A stretch of 64,000 nucleotides of DNA, from assembly GCA_049643885.1 (NCBI GenBank), contig JBARQV010000031.1, forward strand, positions 20,949-84,948, given 5' to 3'. The DNA comes from Candidatus Omnitrophota bacterium (lineage in GTDB: Bacteria; Omnitrophota; Gorgyraeia; Tantalellales; Tantalellaceae). Each line of letters opens with the position of its first letter. Position 1 is the first letter of the stretch. The position numbers were made by a program, and so were the translations under genes. The notes beneath the pieces are model-generated. The model searched no databases, was not told the DNA's origin, and saw only the letters and a program-made list of their open reading frames with translations. Below are positions 38,314 through 49,000 of this stretch, piece by piece.

Positions 38314-38862
38314 TTATATTATGGAAACGGCGATGCTCGCGGCAATAGCCAGGGCATTCGCGACAAAACCCCAGGCTTGCCGGGTGTTCGCTCTTCCTTT
38401 AAGTTCCTTGGCTATTATGTCCACGGCTGTCAGGTGAACGATTCTTTTAGTGTTCTCCTCTTCGGTCAGAGAAGATACCGGCATGTATTTATGTCTCTTG
38501 GATTTGATGTCGAGCGTGTCATAAACAACTAGAAGTTCTTCGTCCGTCCATTTTTTAATATCTATTTTTTCATATTTAAGATCGTATACGCCCGAATTCT
38601 TCAGATATTTCGAGTTTCTCTTTTTTAACAGTTCCGTGTATTTTTCAATGGAAAGGTGCTTCGCGACGCTCTCTTCATATGTTTCAGCCGGCGCATTATA
38701 GAGCATGACTACCATCTTGAGGGCGTGGTCATCGTCAAGGTCTTCAAAATTCACGTATTCTTTCCCCTCGACCTTGTATCCGTGGTTTTGCATGGTAGTA
38801 GCGCATCCGGATAAGGCGAGCGACGCGCAAAGCATGATTATCAGAAGACGATAAGTTCGCAT
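38314..38862 (-). CDS. lipoprotein, hypothetical
   Basis: Lipobox LSGCAT; 182 aa. Confidence 0.45.
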   Translation of the reverse strand: MRTYRLLIIMLCASLALSGCATTMQNHGYKVEGKEYVNFEDLDDDHALKMVVMLYNAPAETYEESVAKHLSIEKYTELLKKRNSKYLKNSGVYDLKYEKIDIKKWTDEELLVVYDTLDIKSKRHKYMPVSSLTEEENTKRIVHLTAVDIIAKELKGRANTRQAWGFVANALAIAASIAVSII

Positions 38863-38863
38863 A

Positions 38864-41572
38864 TTATCCCGAGCCGCTGGTGTCGATGACAGAACCTGCC
38901 CACGATTCGACCCATTTTGAGATCAGGACACCAAGAAACCCCGCCAAAGTGGCCATGAAGATAAGGATCCCCCACGCGGGCATATCAAGCTGCTGGAGCC
39001 CGAAAAAACTGTTTACATCGGGAGTGTATATGATAAAAAGCTGGAGAATAACAGCCACGCCGAGAGATATGACCAGCCACGGGTTTGACCAGAACTTCAG
39101 GGTGTCGAAGGTCCTTATTACGAAGATGCGGACGAACGAGTAAAGTATGATCCCGGTAAAAGCCATGGTCTGGGCATAGTGAAGGCGCTCGGGACCCGGC
39201 AGGGTTTTTCCAAGCCAGTAATAACCGGCCAGGAAGACCCCGAAAAGCATAAATCCTTTTTTAAGACCGATGAAAAGAGTTGTAAGAAGCAAGGGCTTGT
39301 TAAGGATCGGTTCGTCGTGCGGCCTGGGTTTTCGTTTCATCAGTCCGGGGTTCGCCGGGTCCACGGCAAGCGAGATCGCGGGAAGGACGTCGGTAAGTAT
39401 GTTCACCCAGAGGACCATGATGGCCGTCACAGGCTGGAGCCCCCATAAAGCTCCGAGCATGACGGTGAGGACTTCGCCGATGTTACATGTAAGAAGATAA
39501 TTTACGAATTTACGTATATTGTCGAAGATCCTTCTGCCCTCTTCCACCGCGGAGACTATTGTAGCGTAATTGTCGTCAAGAAGGACCAGCCCCGCGGCTT
39601 CTTTTGCCGCGTCCGTTCCCCGCAGGCCCATTGCCACGCCTACGTCAGCCTGCTTTAATGCCGGGGAGTCGTTTACACCGTCGCCGGTCATGGCGGAGAA
39701 GTGTTTGTTTCTTTGCAGGGCCTGGAGGACGCGCAGTTTATCTATAGGCGTCGCCCGGGCGACGATGTCGATGTTCGGGATCTGCTTAGTAAGCTCATCA
39801 TCGCTCATCACGTCGACATCACGGCCGTTAACCGCGTTCTGTCCCATTCCGAGGCGCCCTGCTATAGCCATGGCAGTAAGGGCATGGTCGCCGGTTATCA
39901 TGACCGTTCTGATCCCCGCTCCTTTCGCTTCGGCCAGGGCGGTCCGGACTTCCGGACGAGGTGGGTCGATCATGCCGGTAAGCCCCAGGAAAGTAAGGTC
40001 TTGCTCTATCGAGTCTTTACCCTCTCCCTCGGAAATGGTCCGGTCGGCGACGGCGAGGATCCGCAAGGCGTCGTTTTCAAGATTTTCGAGAGTTTTGGAT
40101 ATCTCCCCGCGGGTTTCCTCGTCTATCGGGACTTTTTCCCCGTCTTTGGCGATATGCGTGCATTCTTTCAGGATGACTTCAGGCGCGCCTTTACAGACGG
40201 CGGTCTTCTTGCCATTGATATTATGTATCGTTGTCATCATTTGCCGTTCGCTGGTGAAGGGTATTTCGTCAAGCCGGGGATAACGCGAAAGAGTATCTTT
40301 TAGATCGAGGCCGCCCTTTTCTCCTGCCACAAGAAGAGCGATCTCCGTCGGGTCGCCGAGGTAAACGTCTTTGTTACCCTTCGTGGTCTTTTTCGCGTCG
40401 TTACAAAGCGCGATGGCTGTAAGGAGGCGGGCCAGGGCTTCCTTTTTTCCTTCATGAAGATGTTCGATCTGTCCGTGAGTCGGATCATACCCTTCTCCCG
40501 TTACGTGATAGACGCCGTGCCCGGGCATGAAGATCGCCTGAACGGTCATTTCGTTCTTCGTTAAAGTCCCGGTTTTATCCGAACCTATGACATCAATTGA
40601 ACCGAGCGATTCCACTATGGCGAGCCGGCGCGCGAGTGCTTTCCTCTGGGCCATCTGCTGGGCGCCCATCGCAAGAGCAAATGAAAGGACGACGGGCAAA
40701 CTTTCAGGGATAGCGCCGACGCCTAAACTCAGCGAAAAGATCGCGATATCCGGCAGCGGCATACTGTGGCGGAAAAAAAGAAGCGCGGCGACGCCTGCCA
40801 CAAGAAAAAGAATTGAGAAGGTGATATTTTTAGACATCTTGTCTACTTCTACTTCGAAAGGCGTCGGGGGAGTTTTGGTCTCGACCAGAGCCTGGGCGAT
40901 CTTGCCGAGTTCAGTTTTCATGGCCGTGGCGACGATGACAGCTTTTCCGGTCCCGCGGACGACAGTCGTTCCCGCATAGAGCATGTCTTTCCTGTCGCCG
41001 AGGTCGGCGTCCTCTTTTACGGTATCGATCATTTTATCCACCGGCGCGGATTCACCCGTAAGCATTGATTCATCCACGCGGAGAGCATGGACTTCAAGAA
41101 GCCTGGCGTCGGCGGGGACCTCTTCGCCCTCTTCCAGTTCTATAATATCTCCGGGAACTACCAGCGAGACGTCTATTTCATCGGTCTGGCCGTCCCTGTC
41201 CACTTTGACCTTCTCGGTCAGAAACTGTTTCAGGGCTTCCATGGCCCTGCTGGCCTTGTATTCCTGGAAAAAGGACAATGTCGTGTTGAGGATCAGGATA
41301 GCGACTATGAATATCCCGTCCGGGAGCTTGTGCGCCCAGAAAGCGATCACTGCGGCGATATAAAGGACGATATTGAAAAATCCTTTGAGCTGCCTGAAAA
41401 GTATCGCCCATCCGGATATGGGTTTTTCTTCGCGTATCTTGTTAGGGCCGTATTTTTCGAGCCTTTTCTTTGCGTCCGCCGATGAAAGACCCCCGGCGCC
41501 GGTTTCAAGGTGTTTAAGGACATCCTCTTTATCCAGGGCATGCCAGCTCATTGTTTTTTCATCGCCTGTCAT
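38864..41572 (-). CDS. cation-transporting P-type ATPase (type II, Ca2+/Mg2+-type)
   Basis: DKTGTLT phosphorylation motif, TGES-like, GDGVNDSPALKQADVGVAMG hinge; 10 TM helices. Confidence 0.9.
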   Translation of the reverse strand: MTGDEKTMSWHALDKEDVLKHLETGAGGLSSADAKKRLEKYGPNKIREEKPISGWAILFRQLKGFFNIVLYIAAVIAFWAHKLPDGIFIVAILILNTTLSFFQEYKASRAMEALKQFLTEKVKVDRDGQTDEIDVSLVVPGDIIELEEGEEVPADARLLEVHALRVDESMLTGESAPVDKMIDTVKEDADLGDRKDMLYAGTTVVRGTGKAVIVATAMKTELGKIAQALVETKTPPTPFEVEVDKMSKNITFSILFLVAGVAALLFFRHSMPLPDIAIFSLSLGVGAIPESLPVVLSFALAMGAQQMAQRKALARRLAIVESLGSIDVIGSDKTGTLTKNEMTVQAIFMPGHGVYHVTGEGYDPTHGQIEHLHEGKKEALARLLTAIALCNDAKKTTKGNKDVYLGDPTEIALLVAGEKGGLDLKDTLSRYPRLDEIPFTSERQMMTTIHNINGKKTAVCKGAPEVILKECTHIAKDGEKVPIDEETRGEISKTLENLENDALRILAVADRTISEGEGKDSIEQDLTFLGLTGMIDPPRPEVRTALAEAKGAGIRTVMITGDHALTAMAIAGRLGMGQNAVNGRDVDVMSDDELTKQIPNIDIVARATPIDKLRVLQALQRNKHFSAMTGDGVNDSPALKQADVGVAMGLRGTDAAKEAAGLVLLDDNYATIVSAVEEGRRIFDNIRKFVNYLLTCNIGEVLTVMLGALWGLQPVTAIMVLWVNILTDVLPAISLAVDPANPGLMKRKPRPHDEPILNKPLLLTTLFIGLKKGFMLFGVFLAGYYWLGKTLPGPERLHYAQTMAFTGIILYSFVRIFVIRTFDTLKFWSNPWLVISLGVAVILQLFIIYTPDVNSFFGLQQLDMPAWGILIFMATLAGFLGVLISKWVESWAGSVIDTSGSG

Positions 41573-42030
41573 AAATCCTCTTTTCCCTTTCCAAGCCGGC
41601 CCCTGGCCTTTTCTTTGGCATTCATAAGCTCATCGACACTGGTCTTTGTTTTAACTTGTTCGGCTCCCGGCGCAGGCGCGGATCTCAACCGTAATTTTTT
41701 TACTTGTTCGGCGATCCAGTTCATGCTTGCGGCGAACTTTTCTTTGGTGATGTCCGCCAGGGACTTTTCGCCCACGCGCCGGGTAATGACCCTGTTGTTG
41801 ACTTCGAACTGGACGAAGTCTTCCCCTATTCCAATCACCTTCGCGTTACCGATCATGTCGCCTTCCTGGACCGTTATTCCGTCAACGACCGCCATAGGCC
41901 GTTTGGCGGAAATGATCCCCGTCACTTTAAGATCAGGCCCCGCGAAGGTCTGGGCCTGAAGGCATAAGCTTATCAGGATGGTCAATATTGCTATCTTTTT
42001 CATACTAAATGAACGATCAGTGTCCCCCAT
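41569..42030 (-). CDS. secreted protein, hypothetical (4 nt overlap with the ATPase gene)
   Basis: Signal peptide MKKIAILTILISLCLQAQTFA. Confidence 0.45.
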   Translation of the reverse strand: MGDTDRSFSMKKIAILTILISLCLQAQTFAGPDLKVTGIISAKRPMAVVDGITVQEGDMIGNAKVIGIGEDFVQFEVNNRVITRRVGEKSLADITKEKFAASMNWIAEQVKKLRLRSAPAPGAEQVKTKTSVDELMNAKEKARGRLGKGKEDL

Positions 42031-43682
42031 ATAGTTAAGATAAAATTTCCGAACGCGTATGGAATAGTGAATCCAAGCGCCGGCAAAGAGCTGTCCGAGC
42101 TTTCTTTTAAAGCATTAAGCGCCGGGGTCGCCGTGCCCGCGCCGGTAAGTCCTCCGAATAGCAGGACCGGGTTCATCTTGAGCACGACTCTTCCGAAAAG
42201 GATTCCGAAGATATGAGGCACTAGGGTCAGGATGACGCCGGCGATAAATATTGACGCACCGGTTGTCTTCAGGGCATCAAGCGCTTTAGGGCCTGCTATC
42301 AGGCCTACACAGGCTATAAAAAGGTTCAGGCCGAAGTCGGTGAATATCCATTGAGCCCCGCCCGGGATCTGTCCGAAGGTGGGATGAACGGAACGGAGCC
42401 ACCCGCATACCAGGCCTGATAGTAGGACACCTCCGCCGATGCCCAGTGTCAAAGGTATTCCAAACACCGTGACCGCCGCGAGTCCCAGCAAGGTGCCCAG
42501 GACGCAGCCTATGCCCACCATGATCAGGTCGGTGGCCACTGTCGGTCTCTCGGGATATCCCAGGTATTTGACCAGTCTTTCCACTCTTTTTTGGACGCCG
42601 GCTACGTAAAAGACGTCGCATTTATCAACAACGGTATTTTTGGTAAGAGGCATGTCGTGCCCCTGGCGGGACAGTTTTCTCAAGGAAATGCCATGGCCGT
42701 AAGCACGGTCGATCTCGTCGAGAGTTTTGCCCACTGCATCAGGATTGAGAACGCATATCTTCAGCATTTCCCCTATAAGGCCAACGACGTCTTTATCATC
42801 GACTTCCGGTCCGATCACCGTGTCGGTTTTTATAAATGCTTCGCGGCGTCCGACAAGCGCAATGATATCACCGGACTGGATCACTGTGTCCGGCTTCGGG
42901 TCGATTATATCGAGGCCGCGTTTGATCCTGTCTATGGAGGTGTCTAACGGGAAGGTCTTTTCTATTTCGCTTACCGTTTTTCCCTTGATGGTCTCGCTGG
43001 TGACCTTATACGCGCGCAAGTTCAGTTGGTTCCGCCATGAAAATAATTCCGTAGCCAGTTCGGCTTCGTCAGTAACGCCTGACATCTCTTTTTCAAGCTT
43101 TTTGGCTTCATCCTTAAGATTTATTCTAAGAATGCGCGGGACGAGTTTGTAGAAGATGATGAGTCCCGCAACCCCGAAGATGTAAGTGATGGCGTAAGAT
43201 ATGGCAACATTACTTTCCATAGTTGTCTTTTGTGCCGCCGGCACCAAAAGATGGGTTATTGCCCCGTCAGCCGTGCCGATCACAGAAGACTGTGTTAGCG
43301 CTCCCCCGATTATGCCTGCAGTGGTGCCCGGGTCGAAATGGAAAGCTTTTCCCAGGATAACGGCTGTTATGAGCCCTACCACGGCAAAGAAAAGCGACAG
43401 CCAGATGTATTTAAGCCCTTCGCTTTTGAGCGCGCCAAAGAATTGCGGGCCGACTTTGTAGCCTATGGTAAAAATGAAAAGAGCAAAGCCGATAGCTTTT
43501 GCCAGGTCGGGGACTTGTATGTGCATCTGGCCGAGGACCAGCGCGGCAATAAGCGTTCCCGCGGTAGCGCCGAGACTTAAGCCGTAGATCTTGATCTTAC
43601 CTATACAGTAGCCGATAGCCAGCGCGAGGAAGATCGGGATCTGGGGGTAGTTGCGGCAAAGGTCGATAAAACCATGAAACAT
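42000..43682 (-). CDS. AAE-family transporter (AspT/YidE/YbjL type) with central TrkA-C domains
   Basis: MFHGFIDLCRNYPQIPIFLALAIGYCIGKIKI... duplicated membrane domains flanking two RCK_C-like segments. Confidence 0.75.
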   Translation of the reverse strand: MFHGFIDLCRNYPQIPIFLALAIGYCIGKIKIYGLSLGATAGTLIAALVLGQMHIQVPDLAKAIGFALFIFTIGYKVGPQFFGALKSEGLKYIWLSLFFAVVGLITAVILGKAFHFDPGTTAGIIGGALTQSSVIGTADGAITHLLVPAAQKTTMESNVAISYAITYIFGVAGLIIFYKLVPRILRINLKDEAKKLEKEMSGVTDEAELATELFSWRNQLNLRAYKVTSETIKGKTVSEIEKTFPLDTSIDRIKRGLDIIDPKPDTVIQSGDIIALVGRREAFIKTDTVIGPEVDDKDVVGLIGEMLKICVLNPDAVGKTLDEIDRAYGHGISLRKLSRQGHDMPLTKNTVVDKCDVFYVAGVQKRVERLVKYLGYPERPTVATDLIMVGIGCVLGTLLGLAAVTVFGIPLTLGIGGGVLLSGLVCGWLRSVHPTFGQIPGGAQWIFTDFGLNLFIACVGLIAGPKALDALKTTGASIFIAGVILTLVPHIFGILFGRVVLKMNPVLLFGGLTGAGTATPALNALKESSDSSLPALGFTIPYAFGNFILTIWGTLIVHLV

Positions 43683-45271
43683 TATTTACCCCCTTCCCAG
43701 CGCTTGTGGTAATCGGCCAGGAGGTCGCTTATTCCTTTGCCGATGTTTTCATATGCTTCATCGGGGAGATTGGCGAGCGAGACGCGGACCGACATGTTCG
43801 GGGCGTCGAATCCCCCGCCGTCCATGAGGATGATGGATTTTTCTTCCGCCAGTCGCCAGACGAAATCGATCGGCTCATAATCTTTTACCAGGTGTTTCGC
43901 GAATTTTTCGCCATAACGTTCTTTGGCCAGCGTGGGGATGTCGATGGTCGTGTAGTAATGCGCGTCGTACTGGTTTTCGGGATGCGGGATCCCGACCGCT
44001 TTGTAGAGCGTCTGGAACCTTTTCATCACGATATTCTGGGCTTGTTTTTTATATTCCCCTTTTTCATCGGTCAGGCAATAAAGCGAGAAAAGCACCATCA
44101 GGACCTGCTGGGGCGTCGAGAGGCCGGCAGTGTGATGGAGGGCTACCGAACGGCTGTCGGCGACCATCCTGTCGATGAGTTTCATGCTGTCGGGGTCAAG
44201 CGCCACGGTGCTGTAGCGCTTGTGAAGGGCTTCCCTGTCCTTTTTGGGAAGTGCGGCTATTTTTTTGTCGAAAACGTTGTCTTCGTGGATACCGATAACG
44301 CCCAGCCGCCATCCTGTCGCGCCGAAATATTTCGAGAAGGAATAGACCAGTATCGTGTTATACGGAGCGACCGCGGCGATAGAATTGAAACCGTTCACGA
44401 ATGTGCCGTAAACGTCATCGGTAAGGATGATAAGGTCGTTCCTCTTCTTTTTGACAAGCTGCCCTATTCTTTTGAGCGTGCTGTTCTGTATGCTGACGGA
44501 CGTGGGATTGGATGGGTTGACCAGAAAGAAAGCTTTTACTTTCGGATCAGCAAGCTTCTCTATTTCGGAGTCAGGGTATTGCCAGTCTGAATTTTCGTCC
44601 TGCTCTACTTCAAGTTCCACAAATTCGTAATCATTCAGGCGCGGTATTTCCAGGTACGGCGTGAAAATAGGCGTTCCGAGGGCGATCTTGTCCCCTTTAT
44701 GCAGGAGCTTGTTCTCCACCAGGCTGGTAAAGATGTAATCCATCGCCGCCGTTCCGCCTTCCGTCGCGAAAAGGTCGAATTTTCCTTTCGGGGGTTTTCC
44801 TCCGCACATCTCCTGATCGAGATATTTGTGGACTATTCTTTCACTCGAAGTAAGCATCCTGTCCGGTGTCGGGTAATGGTCGCCGAGAATAGCGTCTACC
44901 ATTTCGCCCACAAATTCGTCGGGATCAAGTTTAAGTTCATCGCAGACGTAGCTATATGCCTTTTGAAGGAACTTGACGCCCGGGGCGAAGAGGTTTTTTA
45001 TAAGGTAATGCTCGTATCTTTTTGCTATGCCTTTTTTCTCGGGCGTGCTTCCAAGCCCGGGGCGGTGAGGCCTGTTTTGTGATTCTTCAAGGGCGAAGGC
45101 GCCGATCTGCAGAAATCCCTGGCGCGGTGTTATGGCCACCCAGTTGGGGTTGCCCCTGCCGGCGTTAAGCATCATGCGCTCGTGGTGCGTCTGGGCCATA
45201 CTGATGAGTTTATTTTTGAGCTCAAAGGGACTAAGGTCTTCATAGCGTTTTTCTTCGGTCTTCCGGGGCAT
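43682..45271 (-). CDS. asdA: PLP-dependent aspartate 4-decarboxylase (AsdA-like aminotransferase class I/II)
   Basis: N-terminal LSPFELKNKLISMA...MMLNAGRGNPNWVAITPRQGF matches the AsdA N-terminal motif; ~530 aa; adjacent AspT-family transporter. Confidence 0.75.
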   Translation of the reverse strand: MPRKTEEKRYEDLSPFELKNKLISMAQTHHERMMLNAGRGNPNWVAITPRQGFLQIGAFALEESQNRPHRPGLGSTPEKKGIAKRYEHYLIKNLFAPGVKFLQKAYSYVCDELKLDPDEFVGEMVDAILGDHYPTPDRMLTSSERIVHKYLDQEMCGGKPPKGKFDLFATEGGTAAMDYIFTSLVENKLLHKGDKIALGTPIFTPYLEIPRLNDYEFVELEVEQDENSDWQYPDSEIEKLADPKVKAFFLVNPSNPTSVSIQNSTLKRIGQLVKKKRNDLIILTDDVYGTFVNGFNSIAAVAPYNTILVYSFSKYFGATGWRLGVIGIHEDNVFDKKIAALPKKDREALHKRYSTVALDPDSMKLIDRMVADSRSVALHHTAGLSTPQQVLMVLFSLYCLTDEKGEYKKQAQNIVMKRFQTLYKAVGIPHPENQYDAHYYTTIDIPTLAKERYGEKFAKHLVKDYEPIDFVWRLAEEKSIILMDGGGFDAPNMSVRVSLANLPDEAYENIGKGISDLLADYHKRWEGGK

Positions 45272-45427
45272 GGTCCGCTCCTTTCTATTTTAGCGGATGA
45301 ATAATAATTATACTTCGTATTGTATATAAAAACGGACGGCTCTGCAAGGTCGGACTTGTTCACTCATATGTTTGACTTATCTGAATGTTGGAAAGGTCCG
45401 GGGGTGTATTCCGTGCTCAGACAGTCC

Positions 45428-45458
45428 AAAAAAAAGCGACCTAAAATCGCTTTTTTTT
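45428..45458. terminator. bidirectional A8-hairpin-T8 terminator nested in an 16 bp inverted repeat
   Basis: aaaaaaaa gcgac ctaaaa tcgc tttttttt; outer IR aaaggtccgggggtgt (45393-45408) / acacccccggaccttt (45476-45491). Confidence 0.55.
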
Positions 45459-45952
45459 GGAAACTCGCACTAAACACACCCCCGGACCTTTCCGTAACCT
45501 TGACAAGCGCAACATCTGACTGAAGAAATTCCTGATTTTTATTGTCTGTCTGTTTCTACCAGGAACGTCCGATTTTCCTCGGCGTTTGTTAAATGTCAAT
45601 AACGGCGAATATATGCCTTCCGTCCCGACAAAAATTCTTAACGCTTTTCGGGACATTTTGAACTGACATGGCAAAACTCGCCCCTCGTTACAGGAATACT
45701 CGGGGCTCGGACAGTTGCCCTGCCTGCACATGTCTAATAGCCACGATAACTTCAGCTTAAAATGCCCGTAAAAGCTAAATTTTTGTAATGGTCCGTCAGG
45801 CATATATTCACCGTCACGGCTATTTATCTCTCTCTGGCGCGGGTTCGGGGAATTATATTCGGCAAAAACAATAAAATCATGGGAAAGATTTTATTGTTTT
45901 GCAGAGCTAATCGCCGTGCCACTCTGACCCTTCCTTCAATTTTTGTAAGGGT

Positions 45953-46029
45953 GGGTGGCGCGACAGTGTCCGAGCACAGCACAAATGAAATGCGGATGCG
46001 CGCAGGACACTGAGCGACAGGACCCGCCC
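45953..46029. repeat. R element copy 1: ~80 nt GC-rich imperfect hairpin repeat
   Basis: GGGTGGCGCGACAGTGTCCGAGCAC...GCGCAGGACACTGAGCGACAGGACCCGCCC; about 85% identical to 61128-61206; lies 20 nt past the giant-gene stop. Confidence 0.7.
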
Positions 46030-46050
46030 TTACGATGGTCGATGGACGAA

Positions 46051-49000
46051 TTACGCTGCTATGAGTAGGCGCCTGAGCGTGGCGTAGGATTTGATAAGCC
46101 TGCTCTTGTCGTATCGCTTGGCGTTGGGCAGGAGTTTGAACACGAGAGTCTTTGCGTCTTCCTTATTAATGGACTCTATGTTCAACTCATCAAGGTTGAG
46201 TGTTTTGTTGCGTATCGTGAGCCTGTTCTTGATACCCGTTTCACCGAGGACGGATTCGCAGTAATCTGCCAGTGTTATCACTACCACCTCAGCGATCGGA
46301 AAATAAGCGTCAGGATGGAATTCTTTATGGTCTATGTACGAAGAATGCACCTGTGATTCGATGTTTCTTAAGTCTTTCCTCGACTCCGTTGACGCAAATA
46401 CAAACACTTCTGTATTTTTATCCGCGATGTGTTCAGCAAGCTCAGTAGGCATGTTTTTGGAGTCGGCCGGAACTATCACGAGATTGTTCAGTATAGCCGC
46501 GTTGGCTTCGTCCTCTTTAAGCTCCCGCAACGCTTCCATGAGGCGTCCCAGAGGATCTTCGTTTGAACCTGCGGCGACTTTCGTGTCAAACGCAAGGACG
46601 ATCTTTTTGTTGAATGTCAGCGAAAGCGCTGCCTCCCTGAGACACTTGGCGAGTTTCTCGGGGATCGTAAGGTCACGCAGGGTTTCATCCGACGTGCTTT
46701 CATCCGGAGGCAGATATCCACCGCCGAAGACATACCATTTATCACCTTTGAAATAGAGCATGTTAGCTCTTGCTAATTCTAATGCTTCTTTGAAATCTAT
46801 GATTCTTAAAACTCCTTTGGGGTCACCAGTAATATCTATAACCTCAAGAGTAGATGCTAACCCTAAATCGCGAATAGAAATAATTTTTTCTACAGCCCTT
46901 TCCCCTCTGATCACGTCTTCGTCCGAATCAAGACCAAGATCTCTAAATTTATCAATGGCCTCCTGAGGTTTCGCTATTTTAATTTTCACTGACAATGAAT
47001 CCGGGGAAAAGCTCGCGGACATAACGTTATCGTCGTTCATGGTCTCCATTTTCTTCTCTCCAAGTCCTTCGTGTTCCGTCAATGCCCTGCATGTATTAGT
47101 GGACAGGTCCCAGAATTTTACATACCCTTCCTTGTCTGCTGAAATGAACTGGTTATCGCCGTATCTTGTTATTGAAGAGACCTTGGAATCATGTCCTTTG
47201 AATAACGAAACCTCTTTAGCATCGAGGTCCCAAACTCTTATTGTCCCGTCTTTGTGGCCAGTTACAATTTTCTTGTCGGTCAGGACCGCCAGAGAAGAAA
47301 CCGATTTGAGCGTTTCGCCCGTAAGGGCCCTGCCAATAAACTTTGTATTTCTATATATCCCCACGGTACCCATGTCCTGGTGGTCATCGTTTTTTCGGCT
47401 GGTGGCTACCAGGTAACTGACCTCTCTTCTGGTTTTGCTGCCACTCTCGCGCCTCATGACGAAGTTCCCATCCGGCAATAATGCCTCTAAAGTGAGAAAA
47501 ACATTACTCCTGGATAATGCAGGAGGTGGATATGCCAAGATGCGTACCTCTCCGGATGCCGTATCTAAAATACCGATATTTCTTTCCTTTTGTATCAACT
47601 GATTAAAACCGATCTTTTCTTCGGAAAGCGGTGTAATAGAACGTATTTTTTCACTTCTATCTTTTGTGGTGGATAAATAGGTTTTAATTGTTTTCGCGGT
47701 AAAATTCATTATCTCGATCTTTGCTCTGGCATAGCTTGTGATAATATTCCCTGAAGGTGACACTTCGAGCGATTTCACTTCTCCGGGACCCTTCATAAGT
47801 ATGTAAACCTTGTTCTTGGTGATATTCCATAATCTTATTGCCCCGTCCCTATGCCCCGTTACGATCCTTTTGTCGCGAGTCTCCAGGGTATCGAGTATTG
47901 CAGTTTTTGTGATAGGACTTGCATACCCGCTGAAAGTGACTTCTATTTCCGTTTCTGTGTTTTTTGTGAATAACATTTGCGCGCTATTGTCCTCCACGGG
48001 AGGGGTCCAACGTTCTTTTGTCTCGAATTTTGAAAGAAGGTCATCCGTATAAAGAAGCCATTCACCATCACTTCTCTGGTTTACCACCGGCCCCGTTATC
48101 TTAGATTCTGCGTCAGGGTCAAGTTTAAAAGGAATGGATTTTGATTCTTGTTTAACCGGCTCCGGTTTGTCGGGTCCGGCAGAGGGTATGTCCGCCGCGC
48201 CGCGCAATGCTGCCTCGGTAGCCGTCATAATGCGGTATATGCCGTTTTCAGCTATTCTTGAGTCCCCCGCAATAATGGTTGCTTCTGAAAGTTCGTTACC
48301 GGACCACCTGAGTTTAAGGCCGGGAGACACGCGGCAGATAATATTCACCTTAAATACCGGTTCGCGCATGCTTTCCGGCCAGAGTATTTCTGAAATAGTG
48401 GATATAATATAATCTTCTGAATCCTGATCTCTTGTGAAGATAACGTCGCCTACCTGGAGAAAATCTAATCTTTCTCTAAAGAGGATTTTGTACACGCATT
48501 CGGCATTTTTGCGGATAAACTTGGAGAGTTGCACCATATCCTGGGGAATGCCTACCACAGCGGTCATGTCACCGGTAGCGATGAAACGTTTTAGATCCGT
48601 AAAGGCCTGGCTCCTTGTTTCATCAAACTGTTCTCTATCCATGATACGGTAGACGCGGCCGGATCTTAATTGATCTTCTGGGATAGAAGATTCCTTTTCA
48701 GTTCCTGGAATCGGTACGAATTCTCTGGGTCCCCGCGCGAAGAGAACTTTATAACCCAGTTTCCCGTCTTCCAGGAGTTTTGTTACAAGGAAGACATATT
48801 CCAATAGATTAGTATTAATGAAATAAATAATGTCACCCTCTTTAAGGTCGTCTGTTTTATCTATTGATGCCGCGGGGTCGACAATACACTCAGCGTTTGC
48901 TTTGATCAGCCGGTTGGCGTCAAAATTTTCGATCGGCATATCAGGCATGTTCGCGATATCGCCGGTAGCGAGAACGCGCAGGAACAGCCGGTAATCACCC

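Noticed and set aside
43706-44590. 294 aa plus-strand ORF
   Set aside because: Antisense to the aspartate decarboxylase gene.
45320-45803. ORFs 45320..45523 (+) and 45441..45803 (-)
   Set aside because: Basic low-complexity translations with no RBS; they span terminator hairpins and inverted repeats.
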